This document shows, piece after piece, positions 21,461 through 31,633 of a stretch of 64,000 nt of DNA. Each line of letters opens with the position of its first letter. Within the stretch, counting starts at the first letter, position 1. The notes under the pieces were generated by a model. The model was not told the origin of the DNA. It worked only from the letters and a program-made list of their open reading frames with translations, and ran no database searches. This DNA is from Wickerhamiella versatilis (lineage: Eukaryota): NCBI GenBank assembly GCA_030867685.1, contig JAQOWU010000003.1, forward strand, positions 806,001-870,000, in the 5' to 3' direction. The position numbers were made by a program, and so were the translations under genes.

Positions 21461-23320
21461 TTACCTTCGACTATTACGGCCGTTGCTCCTTTCCACGACT
21501 TCGTCAACACCACCCATCTGCTCCATCCGATCTTCTGAAGCGCGTACCGACTCGCGACGCTCCCACCACCGGCTTTGGCATAGCTCGAATGCCATTCTGC
21601 GGAGCTCCTTGCTTCGCGCATCACGGTCCTGCTTCAAAGCCCACTCAACAAATGCATTGATATGGTTGCGATAGAAGTTCGACATACTTTCAAATGGCTT
21701 CGGGTGTGGAAGCCAGGGACGTTTATCTGGATCCTCTTCTTCCTCAACAGTATCCTCTTCCTCCTCTTCCTTAACCTCAGGTTCTTCGGCAACAAGTTGC
21801 TCTTCTTGCTCAATGTCCTCAGGATCAGAACTGGATTCTTCCTCAGAGTCGTCGTCATTGTCGTTGTCTTTGGAATCCGGTGCAGTAGGATCAACACCAA
21901 GATTCTCCCAGTACACTTTGACACCATCAAGTTTCCCAAGATCGATACTGTAGAAACTGTCAAACGCATATTCTGATTCTTCTTTCTCCCAGATACCGCC
22001 GTAGATGAACAATTCATCATTACTGACAGCCAAAGCGGCATTGAAGCGGGGATGCGGTAACTGATTTACAACAGTGTAGCTTTGGGGGCGCTCTTCGTTT
22101 TCCTGGACTTCCTCAGGTTCTTCTGATCCCTCTAACATCTCATCAATATTGATATTGAGGCTCTTCAGCACGTCAGATAGGTCCTGAGTCTGGGATTTCT
22201 TCTCTGCTTGTTTTTGCTGGGGCTTATTCTGCTGAGACTTCCGGAGGCCTAGGCTGAACCAGCGGTTCGACTGAGGGTTGTAGCTATAAAGCTGGTTGAA
22301 AAAGATGCTTTCCATTGATTCCTCTGTCTCTTGGGTATCATAAACCCCACCAAACAATATACCACGAGATTGATGAGGAACCATAGAGCACCCGATACGT
22401 GGCGATGGGGCAAAGGGCCCCTTTTTCCTGCGTTCCCACCGAACCCCAGTAAGATCACCTTTCATAATTAGTTGCCAAGTATCTTGATGTACCCGACCTT
22501 TTTGTACACCCTTTGAAGCTTTGACCTTAGAATAACCGCCCCAAAGTATTGCACCATCGGGTGTTGGCAACAAACTATGGCCTGACCTTGCATCTGGTAG
22601 TGACATAGTACCCGGGAACTCTATATGATGCCACTTATAGTCAGAAACATCAAAAGCCCATAGATCATTTAGGTATTGGGTTGAGGTGCCTAGATCACGG
22701 AACCCTCCATGTAAGAGGATATAGTTCTTCCATACACACATACGATGTCCTGAGCGTGAGGATGGAGAATTACGCAAATCTATTTTGGTCCACTCTTTTG
22801 TTGCGGCATCAAGAACCCAAGTGTCACCATAATGATAAAATGTAGTTTGCTTTGGTGATGAAAATTCACCACCATGAACAAGCACTATACCCGTCGGGTG
22901 TGCGCACATAGCATGACCACTACGAGGCATCGGTGAGTTTGGAGAAGTCACAAGTCTCCAGATATCATTATCTGGATTGTAAACAAAAAGGTCATTATGA
23001 AATTTATAGTGATCATCCACCATCGTTTCTCCACCAAAAAGTAGTAGTTCACGCTTGGATCCTTGAACTGGTGCAGGCACCAAAACTGATCCCTGGCGTT
23101 TCGAAGGTCGCTCGACAGTCTTTATAGTGACTTCCTCAAATTCCCGCTGCTGTTGCCGAAATTCCTCGAGCATAGCGTCAAGGTCAACATCCTCCTCTTC
23201 ACCTGACTTCGCAGCAAGCTTCTTGTCTTTTGATGCCGACTTCTTGGCTGCTTTAGCCGCTTTCTGATATCCTCTCTGTTGTTTTGCCGCACGAGCTGCC
23301 TTAGAATCTTTCTTTCCCAT
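21461..23320 (-). CDS. KEL3: Kelch-repeat protein Kel3 (KLHDC4-like)
   Basis: Lys-rich N-terminus, repeated LFGG/HGG/WGG and PRSGH kelch motifs, acidic linker, PHPKPFES...WWERRE tail. Confidence 0.9.
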   Translation of the reverse strand: MGKKDSKAARAAKQQRGYQKAAKAAKKSASKDKKLAAKSGEEEDVDLDAMLEEFRQQQREFEEVTIKTVERPSKRQGSVLVPAPVQGSKRELLLFGGETMVDDHYKFHNDLFVYNPDNDIWRLVTSPNSPMPRSGHAMCAHPTGIVLVHGGEFSSPKQTTFYHYGDTWVLDAATKEWTKIDLRNSPSSRSGHRMCVWKNYILLHGGFRDLGTSTQYLNDLWAFDVSDYKWHHIEFPGTMSLPDARSGHSLLPTPDGAILWGGYSKVKASKGVQKGRVHQDTWQLIMKGDLTGVRWERRKKGPFAPSPRIGCSMVPHQSRGILFGGVYDTQETEESMESIFFNQLYSYNPQSNRWFSLGLRKSQQNKPQQKQAEKKSQTQDLSDVLKSLNINIDEMLEGSEEPEEVQENEERPQSYTVVNQLPHPRFNAALAVSNDELFIYGGIWEKEESEYAFDSFYSIDLGKLDGVKVYWENLGVDPTAPDSKDNDNDDDSEEESSSDPEDIEQEEQLVAEEPEVKEEEEEDTVEEEEDPDKRPWLPHPKPFESMSNFYRNHINAFVEWALKQDRDARSKELRRMAFELCQSRWWERRESVRASEDRMEQMGGVDEVVERSNGRNSRR

Positions 23321-23366
23321 TGCTTACTTCATATTTTATGTGGGACCTAGTTGTGTACTATTCAAG

Positions 23367-23945
23367 TTATAGTTCCTCGTGTGGAAATACAGGAGTTTGC
23401 TCCTCATATATATTTCCAAGTTCGCCAAAAGATTTAGTATTTTCAAGATCGATTATCGCAGCAATTGTTGTTATGAGTTCATTTTCAGGAGTTATTGCCT
23501 CAGCGATGAAAGAGAATCTACCTGGACTGGCATCGTCAGGTACTAATAAAGTTCTTTCAATGGTTTCAGGTGCAATGTATTTTTCAATAGGACATTCAAA
23601 CTTTGCAAATTTGGTGTAGCTGCACAAGTCTACTTCACCGTTGAATCCGGGCTCATCGCCTACGAAGCTGCTAATTTTCAATCTGCTGTCCGGTGGTATT
23701 TTAGAGAGCAATTCGTGGCTCAGCCAAAATTTGACATGTCCTGGCTTCAATGGATATGGACTTATGACCAAATCATGTATTTGCAGATTTGCCGTGTCAT
23801 TGCGAGCTATAGCCACGTTTGGTAGAGATGGAAGTGGTGTGAATGTAGGGGTATCACTTCCGGAATACACCAAATCCAGTAAGGAGCTGATATTTTGCGG
23901 ACCACTGAGGGCGGCACATACTGTCATAATTGCTGCAAAAACCAT
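23367..23945 (-). CDS. Divergent ML (MD-2/NPC2-like) lipid-binding domain protein
   Basis: Signal-like N-terminus, ISPYPLKPG, DLC...CPIEK, VP..SPGRF...AEA.T pattern of ML domains; ends in HEEL. Confidence 0.65.
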   Translation of the reverse strand: MVFAAIMTVCAALSGPQNISSLLDLVYSGSDTPTFTPLPSLPNVAIARNDTANLQIHDLVISPYPLKPGHVKFWLSHELLSKIPPDSRLKISSFVGDEPGFNGEVDLCSYTKFAKFECPIEKYIAPETIERTLLVPDDASPGRFSFIAEAITPENELITTIAAIIDLENTKSFGELGNIYEEQTPVFPHEEL

Positions 23946-24168
23946 TTCAGTTAGGAAAAAGAATGCATCACCATCCTGTCCTGATATAAGTACTTTGGAT
24001 CCATTTTAAGCTGTGAGAAATACGCTGTCTCAAACTTTGAGGCATGAGTAGTAATACGACGTTTCTTCAAACTATACATATAATTGATCCCGAAATATCA
24101 TGCTATGATAATAATGGATCCTTCAAATATTATAGAGCACCAGTGGTTTACAATCTAATGGCTTTGTC

Positions 24169-25134
24169 ATGATACGGGTCTTCTCAGCGCTATTAACGTT
24201 AGCTTTCGCTGTCGCGTCTTCGGGGGACAGAATCCCGGAATTTCAATATTGTGTACAGCAATGCTGCACTGAAAATTGTCCTTCCGTTCTTCCTTTTGAT
24301 CTTCGCCTGCTGCAGTGGACCTGCGAAGCCAACTGTGATTATCTATGCCAACAATTCTTGACTGATATGCATGAATCTTCGAAAGTGAGAGTCCATCAAT
24401 ATCACGGAAAATGGCCTTTCGTTCGGATATTTGGTATCCAGGAGCCAGCTTCTGTTATTTTCAGTTTGATGAACTTGTGGCCAAATTGGCGTGGCATGAA
24501 GATACTGCTCAAGCGGACCCATAATTCTGAGGCGTTTCGCATGAAGCCTTATTATATCGTTTTTGCTATTATTGGTGTAAATACCTGGCTCTGGTCAGCA
24601 GTTTTCCATACGAGAGACTTTGTGCTTACAGAACGTCTTGATTACTTCTGTGCGATTGGAAGTATTTTATACGGTCTGTTTCTAGCTCTTGTTCGCATAT
24701 TTAGGTTGGATAAAGATTCGAAGGCTGCTTGGAGATATCTGGTGGCAGCGATTTGTGTTTCTTTTTATTCTGGTCATGTGTACTATTTATCTTGTATCCG
24801 ATTTAACTACGCTTATAATATGACAGCAGGCGTAGTCATCGGGCTTCTTCAGACGTCTCTTTGGGCGACATATTCAATCTTGGCATACCGGCGTACTCGT
24901 GAGGTGGTGGACTTGCTACCTTTAGGTATTGTCTCTTGTGTTCTTTTGGGAATGAGCTTCGAACTTTTCGATTTCTCCCCATATTTCCGAGCAATTGATG
25001 CTCACTCACTTTGGCATCTTTCCACAGTTCTGCCGACATTTGCCTGGTACCATTGGATGCTTTCTGACATGCGTCGTAATTCTCAAACCACCGGGCAGCA
25101 AAACAGCAAAAATTCTCATCTGAAATATAATTAG
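24169..25134 (+). CDS. PER1: GPI remodelling factor Per1 (PGAP3)
   Basis: ASSGDR, W.C..NCDY.CQ, QYHGKWPF.R.FGIQEP, WSAVFHTRD, DAHSLWH. Confidence 0.95.
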   Translation: MIRVFSALLTLAFAVASSGDRIPEFQYCVQQCCTENCPSVLPFDLRLLQWTCEANCDYLCQQFLTDMHESSKVRVHQYHGKWPFVRIFGIQEPASVIFSLMNLWPNWRGMKILLKRTHNSEAFRMKPYYIVFAIIGVNTWLWSAVFHTRDFVLTERLDYFCAIGSILYGLFLALVRIFRLDKDSKAAWRYLVAAICVSFYSGHVYYLSCIRFNYAYNMTAGVVIGLLQTSLWATYSILAYRRTREVVDLLPLGIVSCVLLGMSFELFDFSPYFRAIDAHSLWHLSTVLPTFAWYHWMLSDMRRNSQTTGQQNSKNSHLKYN

Positions 25135-25321
25135 TTAATGGGAATGAAAGGTGGAAGAGTAAGAAAAATAAAAAATAAAGCACCATTAAAAATTCTAACG
25201 CAAAGGGCATAGGGACACATAATGCTCCATTGAGGGCCCGGGGCTGCATTCACCCCTTCCATTCCTGTCTATCTCAAGCAAAGTTTAAGGACTACATACA
25301 TGCAATGTATATTCTACGCAT

Positions 25322-26863
25322 TTATGCATAGTCAATTAGTAGTTCTAGTACCCCGGACGCTAGAGAATCTGCTGCTTCTTTCGTAGCTGCTTCCGCGTAG
25401 ATGCGAACGACATTCTCCGTACCAGATGCACGCACAAAGCTTCGACCACATTCGTACTGCTTTACTAGAGCATCAATCCTGTCCTGCAGGCCTCTAGGTT
25501 TAAGAAGTCTGCGTTCTGCATCGGTAGTTTCAAACATATATCTATCTTTCACTGCAGATTTCAATAAACGATTTGGCAAATCGTGATAGCGTCGGTCCCA
25601 ATCTGGAGCACTAATACCTTCTAATGTAAGAACAGCAATTACAGCTAAAAGGTCCGTCAGAGCATCACCAGTAGTTTGGTTTATGAGATCCATAAACGCC
25701 AATAACGCATCTACCCGATGCTTTTCCATTTGATTTGTGACTCTCCGGGTTTGCGACTTAGATTTCGCATCTGATGAGAAAAGAACTGTGCCGTGACCGT
25801 TGGCTTCAAAATAGATTCCCGCATCAAACTGCTGAGCGGCATGGTGAAGGTGCTTCACTCCTGTAGGTGTGCAAACCACAGGAACCTGAAGCACATTTTT
25901 GATATAGTCAGTGGATGCACCGTTGGCGTAGGCTGTTTGTACGACACCGACATCTAAGCCTGTCTTCTGAAGGAACTCGGCTAGGAGGGTCGCGATCTTG
26001 TCACCATCAAGAAGATGAAATTGTCCATCTTCCGAAATATAGTAGAATACAATTCTGTCAGCATCACCATCAAGTGATGCACAAAGTTGGTTTGGCTTCG
26101 GCGAAGCATTAACGGGAAGACGTTGGTTCACCTTTACGAAATCGGCACCACAATCAACATTAAGCATTTCAGGATCTTTGTTATTATTGATAATGTTGAT
26201 AGTTACCGAATCGTCAATGTATTTCAGCAGCTCTGCTAGTTTCAACGCACCTACTCCGTTTGCACAATCAACGGTCAAAGGAAACTGCACTTTTAGTTCC
26301 CTTAAAGTAGCTTTAAAAGCCCTTGAGAACATAAGATAGTACCCTTCAATCGAAGGAACGCCGTATGATTCCATCAAAGGGTCTCCCAGGGTATTCAAAG
26401 ATCTTACCAAGTAGTGCAACTGTGGCGTGGTAACGGTTCCAAAGTACTGTCCGTTGCCACGTACTTTTTCAATCCCATCTATTAAAGAATTTACAAGCAC
26501 ATCACCTGATGCCCGCGTGTCTTTTCCATATATTACAGAGGCCGGGGAGTTGAGATCTATTTTCAGACTCCTTCCCAAATCTTCGATATATTGCTTGGCA
26601 TCTTGACAAATTGATATTTCATTAGCGTACTTTTCCCAGCTCTCAGCCAGCATTTCTCCCATAGGGTCTACTATTTTAGCACCATTGTCAGAGGGTGGAT
26701 TGTGAGAAGCTGTTACCATCACTCCGATTGATTTACCATTGAGAGATCGAGAGCGGAGACATGCAAGCATCCCGACACGAAATAATATAGGGGGCAGCAC
26801 GCTAGCGTCGTCACGAAAGCCGGCTGTCCCATACACCACCCGCCTCGACGGTTGGATGTGCAT
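25322..26863 (-). CDS. PCM1: Phosphoacetylglucosamine mutase
   Basis: YGTAGFR, TASHNP, DGDADR, YFEANGHGT, RSFVRASGTENVVRIYAEA. Confidence 0.96.
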   Translation of the reverse strand: MHIQPSRRVVYGTAGFRDDASVLPPILFRVGMLACLRSRSLNGKSIGVMVTASHNPPSDNGAKIVDPMGEMLAESWEKYANEISICQDAKQYIEDLGRSLKIDLNSPASVIYGKDTRASGDVLVNSLIDGIEKVRGNGQYFGTVTTPQLHYLVRSLNTLGDPLMESYGVPSIEGYYLMFSRAFKATLRELKVQFPLTVDCANGVGALKLAELLKYIDDSVTINIINNNKDPEMLNVDCGADFVKVNQRLPVNASPKPNQLCASLDGDADRIVFYYISEDGQFHLLDGDKIATLLAEFLQKTGLDVGVVQTAYANGASTDYIKNVLQVPVVCTPTGVKHLHHAAQQFDAGIYFEANGHGTVLFSSDAKSKSQTRRVTNQMEKHRVDALLAFMDLINQTTGDALTDLLAVIAVLTLEGISAPDWDRRYHDLPNRLLKSAVKDRYMFETTDAERRLLKPRGLQDRIDALVKQYECGRSFVRASGTENVVRIYAEAATKEAADSLASGVLELLIDYA

Positions 26864-27233
26864 GTTGATGATTATTTGGTTTTGTAAGCAGATTATATGT
26901 CTCGAACTAAACTGTCCTATGTAGGCAATGTAAATAGCAAGGAAAAAATCCTGCCATTATTGATTTTAAAAACCTTTTTATTGAGTTGTTGCTACTAATT
27001 ATGTTTAAGTCCAATTTGAGTCAAGTATGCTCACTCGTGAGGCTCACCTTGAAATATTATTTATTTGCATATTACCAATGTACACTTCACCCAATATCCA
27101 ATGTATACGAGTATAGTATCTTTTTTCCCTCTTCGAACCCGAGACCTGACCTCAGCCTCACACTGATAACTGTTAGAGGGTAGTTAAGTAAGCCCTCTCC
27201 TATACATTGACATAGCAGGAGCGGTGCGTGTTT

Positions 27234-27509
27234 ATGGCACCTCCTACAGTGGTCTTAGACCGTACTGAGCTATCTATTCCTGATGATTGCCCATTGAAGA
27301 AACTTACTCAGTATGATTGTAAACTCGCTGATAACGATCAGTCGGTACTATGCATTCCAATCGTACGCCACTTCCGAGCTTGTCCCAAGGGTAGTCGAGT
27401 ACAATTATTTGAAGTAACTGATCCTCAGAAAACAGACGATGCCCTCAATATTCGTGAAATCACACATCATGTTCTTTCGCTGGCACCAGAACTGGCCAGG
27501 GAAAAGTAA
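27234..27509 (+). CDS. SOM1: Mitochondrial inner-membrane peptidase subunit Som1
   Basis: MAPPT N-terminus, C.LK.L.QY.C, C.P..R.F..C, EVT motif; ATG at 27234. Confidence 0.85.
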   Translation: MAPPTVVLDRTELSIPDDCPLKKLTQYDCKLADNDQSVLCIPIVRHFRACPKGSRVQLFEVTDPQKTDDALNIREITHHVLSLAPELAREK

Positions 27510-27540
27510 ATAACCTAAGTAAAACTAAAATAGCATAGTA

Positions 27541-28016
27541 TCATGTCGACTCCTCGTAAGTGGACCCTTCAGCTGGCTGGCGAAGCTTACGATTGGCAGG
27601 CGCAGCCATCTCACGGCGTATGTCCAAGAGCACACTCTCCATTGTGTACTCGAATTTCCATTCAGCCAGTGAAGGTACTAGTGAAGGTATGACGTTTCCT
27701 TTTTCGTCAACACAGGGAACGTTCACTTGGGTGAGAAACTTGATTTTCGGTGGTTCCTTTGGATAATTTGGACCCGCCTCCAAAGTGACCGAGTAAATCC
27801 TGTTCTCATGAGCTGAGTGTGGGGGACCTAAAATTGTGCCATTCCAGAATGTCATATCTATGTCGTCACTATCGGCAAGACCAATTGAACATGCCTCTGA
27901 GCCTCCTCCTTTTTCACCCTTTTCAAGCTCCTCTAGGAGACGGAAACTCCGTGGTCTGTCATTGTTAGTTCTCGCATCAATTGGCTCTGTCGCAATACCT
28001 ACACTTCTGCAGTCAT
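27541..28016 (-). CDS. MMS2: Ubiquitin-conjugating enzyme variant Mms2 (2 exons: 28016-28003, 27955-27541; 142 aa)
   Basis: Spliced start MTAEVPRSFRLLEELEKGEKG, WNGTILGPPHS.HENRIY; intron GTAGGT...ACTAAC...CAG restores the frame. Confidence 0.93.
27956..28002 (-). other. Spliceosomal intron (47 nt) in MMS2
   Basis: 5' GTAGGT, branch ACTAAC, 3' CAG; removal gives a conserved N-terminus. Confidence 0.88.
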
Positions 28017-28212
28017 ACTGACTCAGCTGACAAGATTGAACCACTTGTTTTCTAAGGTTATCTTTGATAGCACATTTGAGCAATTTTTAATAAAAGTCAT
28101 AGCAAGATTGTTCAGCTGAGTTTTAATTTTCTTAAGCTGACCATAACAGCAACCTTTCTATAAGATTCTATAATTACAAGAGCGAGTTACGCTGACTACT
28201 GAAGGTAAACAT

Positions 28213-28908
28213 ATGCCTCGAGACCCAGATGCTGAAGGGCCTAAGTTCCAGCCAACTGGCAGTTCCTTAATATTCGATGCTGCTTTTTGTGCTACTGTAA
28301 TAGGTGGGTTTTTTGCATGGAGACGTTACTTAAGGCAATTTTCGTCGGCTATGCAGATTCCGGATAGTCAATTGCGTGGACGCACGATCTTCGGAAAGGT
28401 ATTAAGTGTTGGTGATGCCGATAACTTTCGTCTTTATCATACCCCTGGTGGGTACCTCGCTGGTTGGGGATGGTTGAGGCGTATCCCTCGAGTAAACTCT
28501 CGTGGGATAGGCAGCAGCACTATTCACGTTCGATTGTGCGGGGTGGATGCACCTGAATGCTCTCATTTCGGGAAGCCTGCACAGCCATATAGTAAAGAAG
28601 CGTTAGAATGGTTACGAAACTATATTTTAGGCAGAAGGGTTCGTATTGTCCCTCTTGCCAAGGACCAGTATGAGCGTGTGGTAGCTGAAGTTCGCGTTTG
28701 GAAACTAACGGGATTGAAAAACGTTAGTCGAGAAATGCTCCGCAATGGTTGGGCCGTTGTTTACGAAGGAAAAACTGGGGCAGAGTTTAATGGCCTAAAA
28801 GACGGGTTTCAGCTGTTGGAAGATTTGGCCCGCTGGAGAAAAATCGGTATATTTCAGAAAGGTACAAATATAACTACACCTGCGCAATACAAGCGCAAGT
28901 ATTCATAA
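28213..28908 (+). CDS. LCL3: Staphylococcal-nuclease-like endonuclease Lcl3
   Basis: VGDADNFRLYHTPGG, RLCGVDAPE..HFG.PAQP, DQYERVVA, TPAQYK. Confidence 0.93.
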   Translation: MPRDPDAEGPKFQPTGSSLIFDAAFCATVIGGFFAWRRYLRQFSSAMQIPDSQLRGRTIFGKVLSVGDADNFRLYHTPGGYLAGWGWLRRIPRVNSRGIGSSTIHVRLCGVDAPECSHFGKPAQPYSKEALEWLRNYILGRRVRIVPLAKDQYERVVAEVRVWKLTGLKNVSREMLRNGWAVVYEGKTGAEFNGLKDGFQLLEDLARWRKIGIFQKGTNITTPAQYKRKYS

Positions 28909-29050
28909 ATGAGCATAATATAGAGTGGAAGATATATATACTTTGGATAGAGCAGTATTTAAGATAAGCCATATTAAGTTTTCCCTGGCTTCTTCCTGTA
29001 TATATATACTAGTTATGAACAAATAAGACAATGTCTCTTTTTTAAAGCAA

Positions 29051-30664
29051 TCAGCATTTTAAGTCGATTCCTCTCCGATGCTCAGTTTGGCGTAACTCAA
29101 ACATGAACTGAACGCCAACGGATAGAAGCAAGGAGCACAGAATCATGAAGCGTAGACCAGCCGCGGTTGAGATCATCTCGGTGAGAAGTTGACATATCCC
29201 GTCCATACCCAAGCCGAATCCCACCAAGTTTGCAATGAGCATCATCCAAATATTGATCACTGCGCCGAAGCCGGCAACATAGCGAAACCACCAGTAGTGC
29301 CGAAACTTCCTTGGTGGAAGCATCCGGGATGCAATGAGTTCAGGCATAACAAAAAGGACAATCAATCCTCCCCATATAAATAAACGTAACTGAATATCGT
29401 GCCAAATTGCTACAAATGCAAAAATTATTAGGTTGTTGCGAATCGGTCTCTTTGATCCTCCGAGAGGAATGTAGAGATAGCGAACAACCCAAAGGTGAAA
29501 GCTTCGGTGCCACGACCTCCAAAAACTAGCCGCCGAGTAATTATCAGCAACACAGCGAACCATGTTTTCTGGTGGATCAATCCCATCAATCAGAGACCAC
29601 ATGCGAAAAAATCGCCACGGTAGTAGAAGCTTGAGCCAGATATGTACCAACCCAAAGAAACCAACCATAGATATTTGCGCAGGTGTATCATTCTTCCAAG
29701 CTCTGGTAGACATTACAGCATTAACTGCGATGAAATGGAGTAGAAACTCCATCGTGAGCATACAAATGAAAAATCGCAAGGCATACAGCCCAGTTCGATG
29801 CCAGTTAATGGTTTTCAAGCGATTTTGTGACTGAGCCATATAATCGTTAAAAGTGATGAGAGGTCCTGCCAAATACAGCGGTGAGTAAAGGCAATAGGCA
29901 ACATAGGATTGGAAAGAATACTGATTAAGTGGTCTTGGAAAGCTTATGCGACGAGACTCTTCATTCCTGTAATCAGCGTCTGATAACGGAACCTTTTGAC
30001 GAGCTTCGCGATAATCAAATGTGTAACTCAGCATTCGCATCATCGTGCACTTAAAAAAGACCTCCCAATTTTGGAGGATTCCACCGTCAAGCCAACCTAA
30101 TGGTGCGTATATTTTCGATAGAGGGTACCCACGGAAGAATTCATTGAGGAATAATATCCCAATTCCAAATGCCCACGCAGTAAGCCGGCTCAGAGACACA
30201 TGGCGGGAAATTCGATAATTCACGAAGAGAATTATCATGATCTTCGAAAGCCCACCTAGTCCATGCAATGCAATGCTCATGAATAAACCAAACCAAAAGT
30301 CGAACTTTACCCTTTGAATAGGAATGATATGGCGTAGTAATTGATGGAGACCGATTAACAGCAATAAAAGAAAAAAGTTATCACGAAAGCCACTATACTG
30401 CAAATCTGAGTTATCCACATACTTACCGATCCATCCTTTTGATAGCAAATGGGAGAATTTCGAAAAATTCTCCTTATTTTCCGACGAGGTTGCTTCATGC
30501 GCGGTCTTAAACATAATTGGAATTGTCACAGCATGTATGAGTCCATAAGTCCAAAACTCCCATGTATTCCATAACGATGGCGAGGCTTTAGCTGCCACCG
30601 CATCGCTGCATCGCACAAGACGTTTGTCCAATGTGTCTAGGCTGAAAAGACGCGTAGCACACAT
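29051..30664 (-). CDS. GUP1: MBOAT family O-acyltransferase Gup1
   Basis: FSLDTLD N-terminus, DNSD.QY..FR, Y.PLYLAGP, ENM.RC..NYS..FWRSWHRSF, AIWHD; likely ATG at 30664. Confidence 0.92.
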   Translation of the reverse strand: MCATRLFSLDTLDKRLVRCSDAVAAKASPSLWNTWEFWTYGLIHAVTIPIMFKTAHEATSSENKENFSKFSHLLSKGWIGKYVDNSDLQYSGFRDNFFLLLLLIGLHQLLRHIIPIQRVKFDFWFGLFMSIALHGLGGLSKIMIILFVNYRISRHVSLSRLTAWAFGIGILFLNEFFRGYPLSKIYAPLGWLDGGILQNWEVFFKCTMMRMLSYTFDYREARQKVPLSDADYRNEESRRISFPRPLNQYSFQSYVAYCLYSPLYLAGPLITFNDYMAQSQNRLKTINWHRTGLYALRFFICMLTMEFLLHFIAVNAVMSTRAWKNDTPAQISMVGFFGLVHIWLKLLLPWRFFRMWSLIDGIDPPENMVRCVADNYSAASFWRSWHRSFHLWVVRYLYIPLGGSKRPIRNNLIIFAFVAIWHDIQLRLFIWGGLIVLFVMPELIASRMLPPRKFRHYWWFRYVAGFGAVINIWMMLIANLVGFGLGMDGICQLLTEMISTAAGLRFMILCSLLLSVGVQFMFELRQTEHRRGIDLKC

Positions 30665-30697
30665 CAAGCCTTGCTGACTACATCGATTCCGACAAGA

Positions 30698-31375
30698 ATG
30701 GTGGAAAGACGGCCAAACCCCCCTGGTTGGATTCCGCCTCGGGCTCCTTATAATCCTTATGATCCTTCTGATCAAAGACCTGCAGAGGGATACCCCTCTG
30801 AGTTTAAAACGCCTGGGAGACCGCGAAATTGGTCACTTATCCCTAAGGAGCCCACGAATTATCGTGAGGTGAAGGAAAGCATGAGACGACTCAACTATAC
30901 GCCAAGGCCAGCTTCAGAAAAATATCCTGGACAGTACAAAGTGTTGCGAAGAAAGCCTGCTGGCTCTTTCAACCGTGGGGTATTCCTGATGGCAAAACTG
31001 GCTACCAGTGGTGTGCTTATTGGAACCGTATTTTTTTATAGATGGAATGAAGGGTACGATAATATTTTCAGCGAGCCATACAGGTGGCAGCTTCGTATGC
31101 GTCAAAGAATTTTTGGTAATTTAAGTGAACAGCAGATCGAGGATCTACATGCAAAACAGAGGGGAATGCAGAAGAAGACCGTTGACCATTCTCATTCTAC
31201 AAAACCACAAGATGTTCCGGATGTCGAAGTAGCATTGGAGAGGCCAGAAAGGTCTCATGTGATTGAGGCAGAACGTATCCGACAGGAGCGTGAAGAGGCC
31301 ATTTTGCGTGCTGTGGCTTTGGCAGAGGAGAAAATTAAAAATGAGCCGAAACCGTCTAAGTGGTGGCCATGGTGA
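30698..31375 (+). CDS. Conserved-looking hypothetical protein (225 aa) with a single TM segment
   Basis: Pro-rich N-terminus, hydrophobic VLIGTVFFYRW, charged coiled coil, KWWPW end; ATG at 30698. Confidence 0.7.
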   Translation: MVERRPNPPGWIPPRAPYNPYDPSDQRPAEGYPSEFKTPGRPRNWSLIPKEPTNYREVKESMRRLNYTPRPASEKYPGQYKVLRRKPAGSFNRGVFLMAKLATSGVLIGTVFFYRWNEGYDNIFSEPYRWQLRMRQRIFGNLSEQQIEDLHAKQRGMQKKTVDHSHSTKPQDVPDVEVALERPERSHVIEAERIRQEREEAILRAVALAEEKIKNEPKPSKWWPW

Positions 31376-31633
31376 GAAGATATCAGATATAAATGGCACC
31401 AGAGAAAAAAGTACGAATATTGCAAAAGTTCATCGCAAACGTGCGAACAAACGTTTACATAAAGAAATTAATTTTCCATTGTTATATATATTTTGATTCA
31501 TAGACTACACATTTCGAATGTTACTGCTAACTGAAATGGCTGGCAATGATCCTACCTATTTCGTCCTCCAAACCCTACCCACCTGACTACTTCGGGAGTG
31601 AACCTGAGAGTTTGAACAATCGGACAGTTCACA

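Noticed and set aside
27125-27200. tRNA-like GGGTTCGAA on the minus strand and an AGAGGG/CCCTCT hairpin
   Set aside because: The T-stem does not pair and no cloverleaf can be built.
28017-28083. 180-aa unspliced MMS2 ORF from the track
   Set aside because: It reads through the intron from a TTG; the spliced model gives the conserved N-terminus.
30665-30775. Longer GUP1 N-terminus overlapping the neighbouring gene
   Set aside because: It starts at a non-ATG codon and is antisense to a plausible CDS; homology begins at FSLDTLD.
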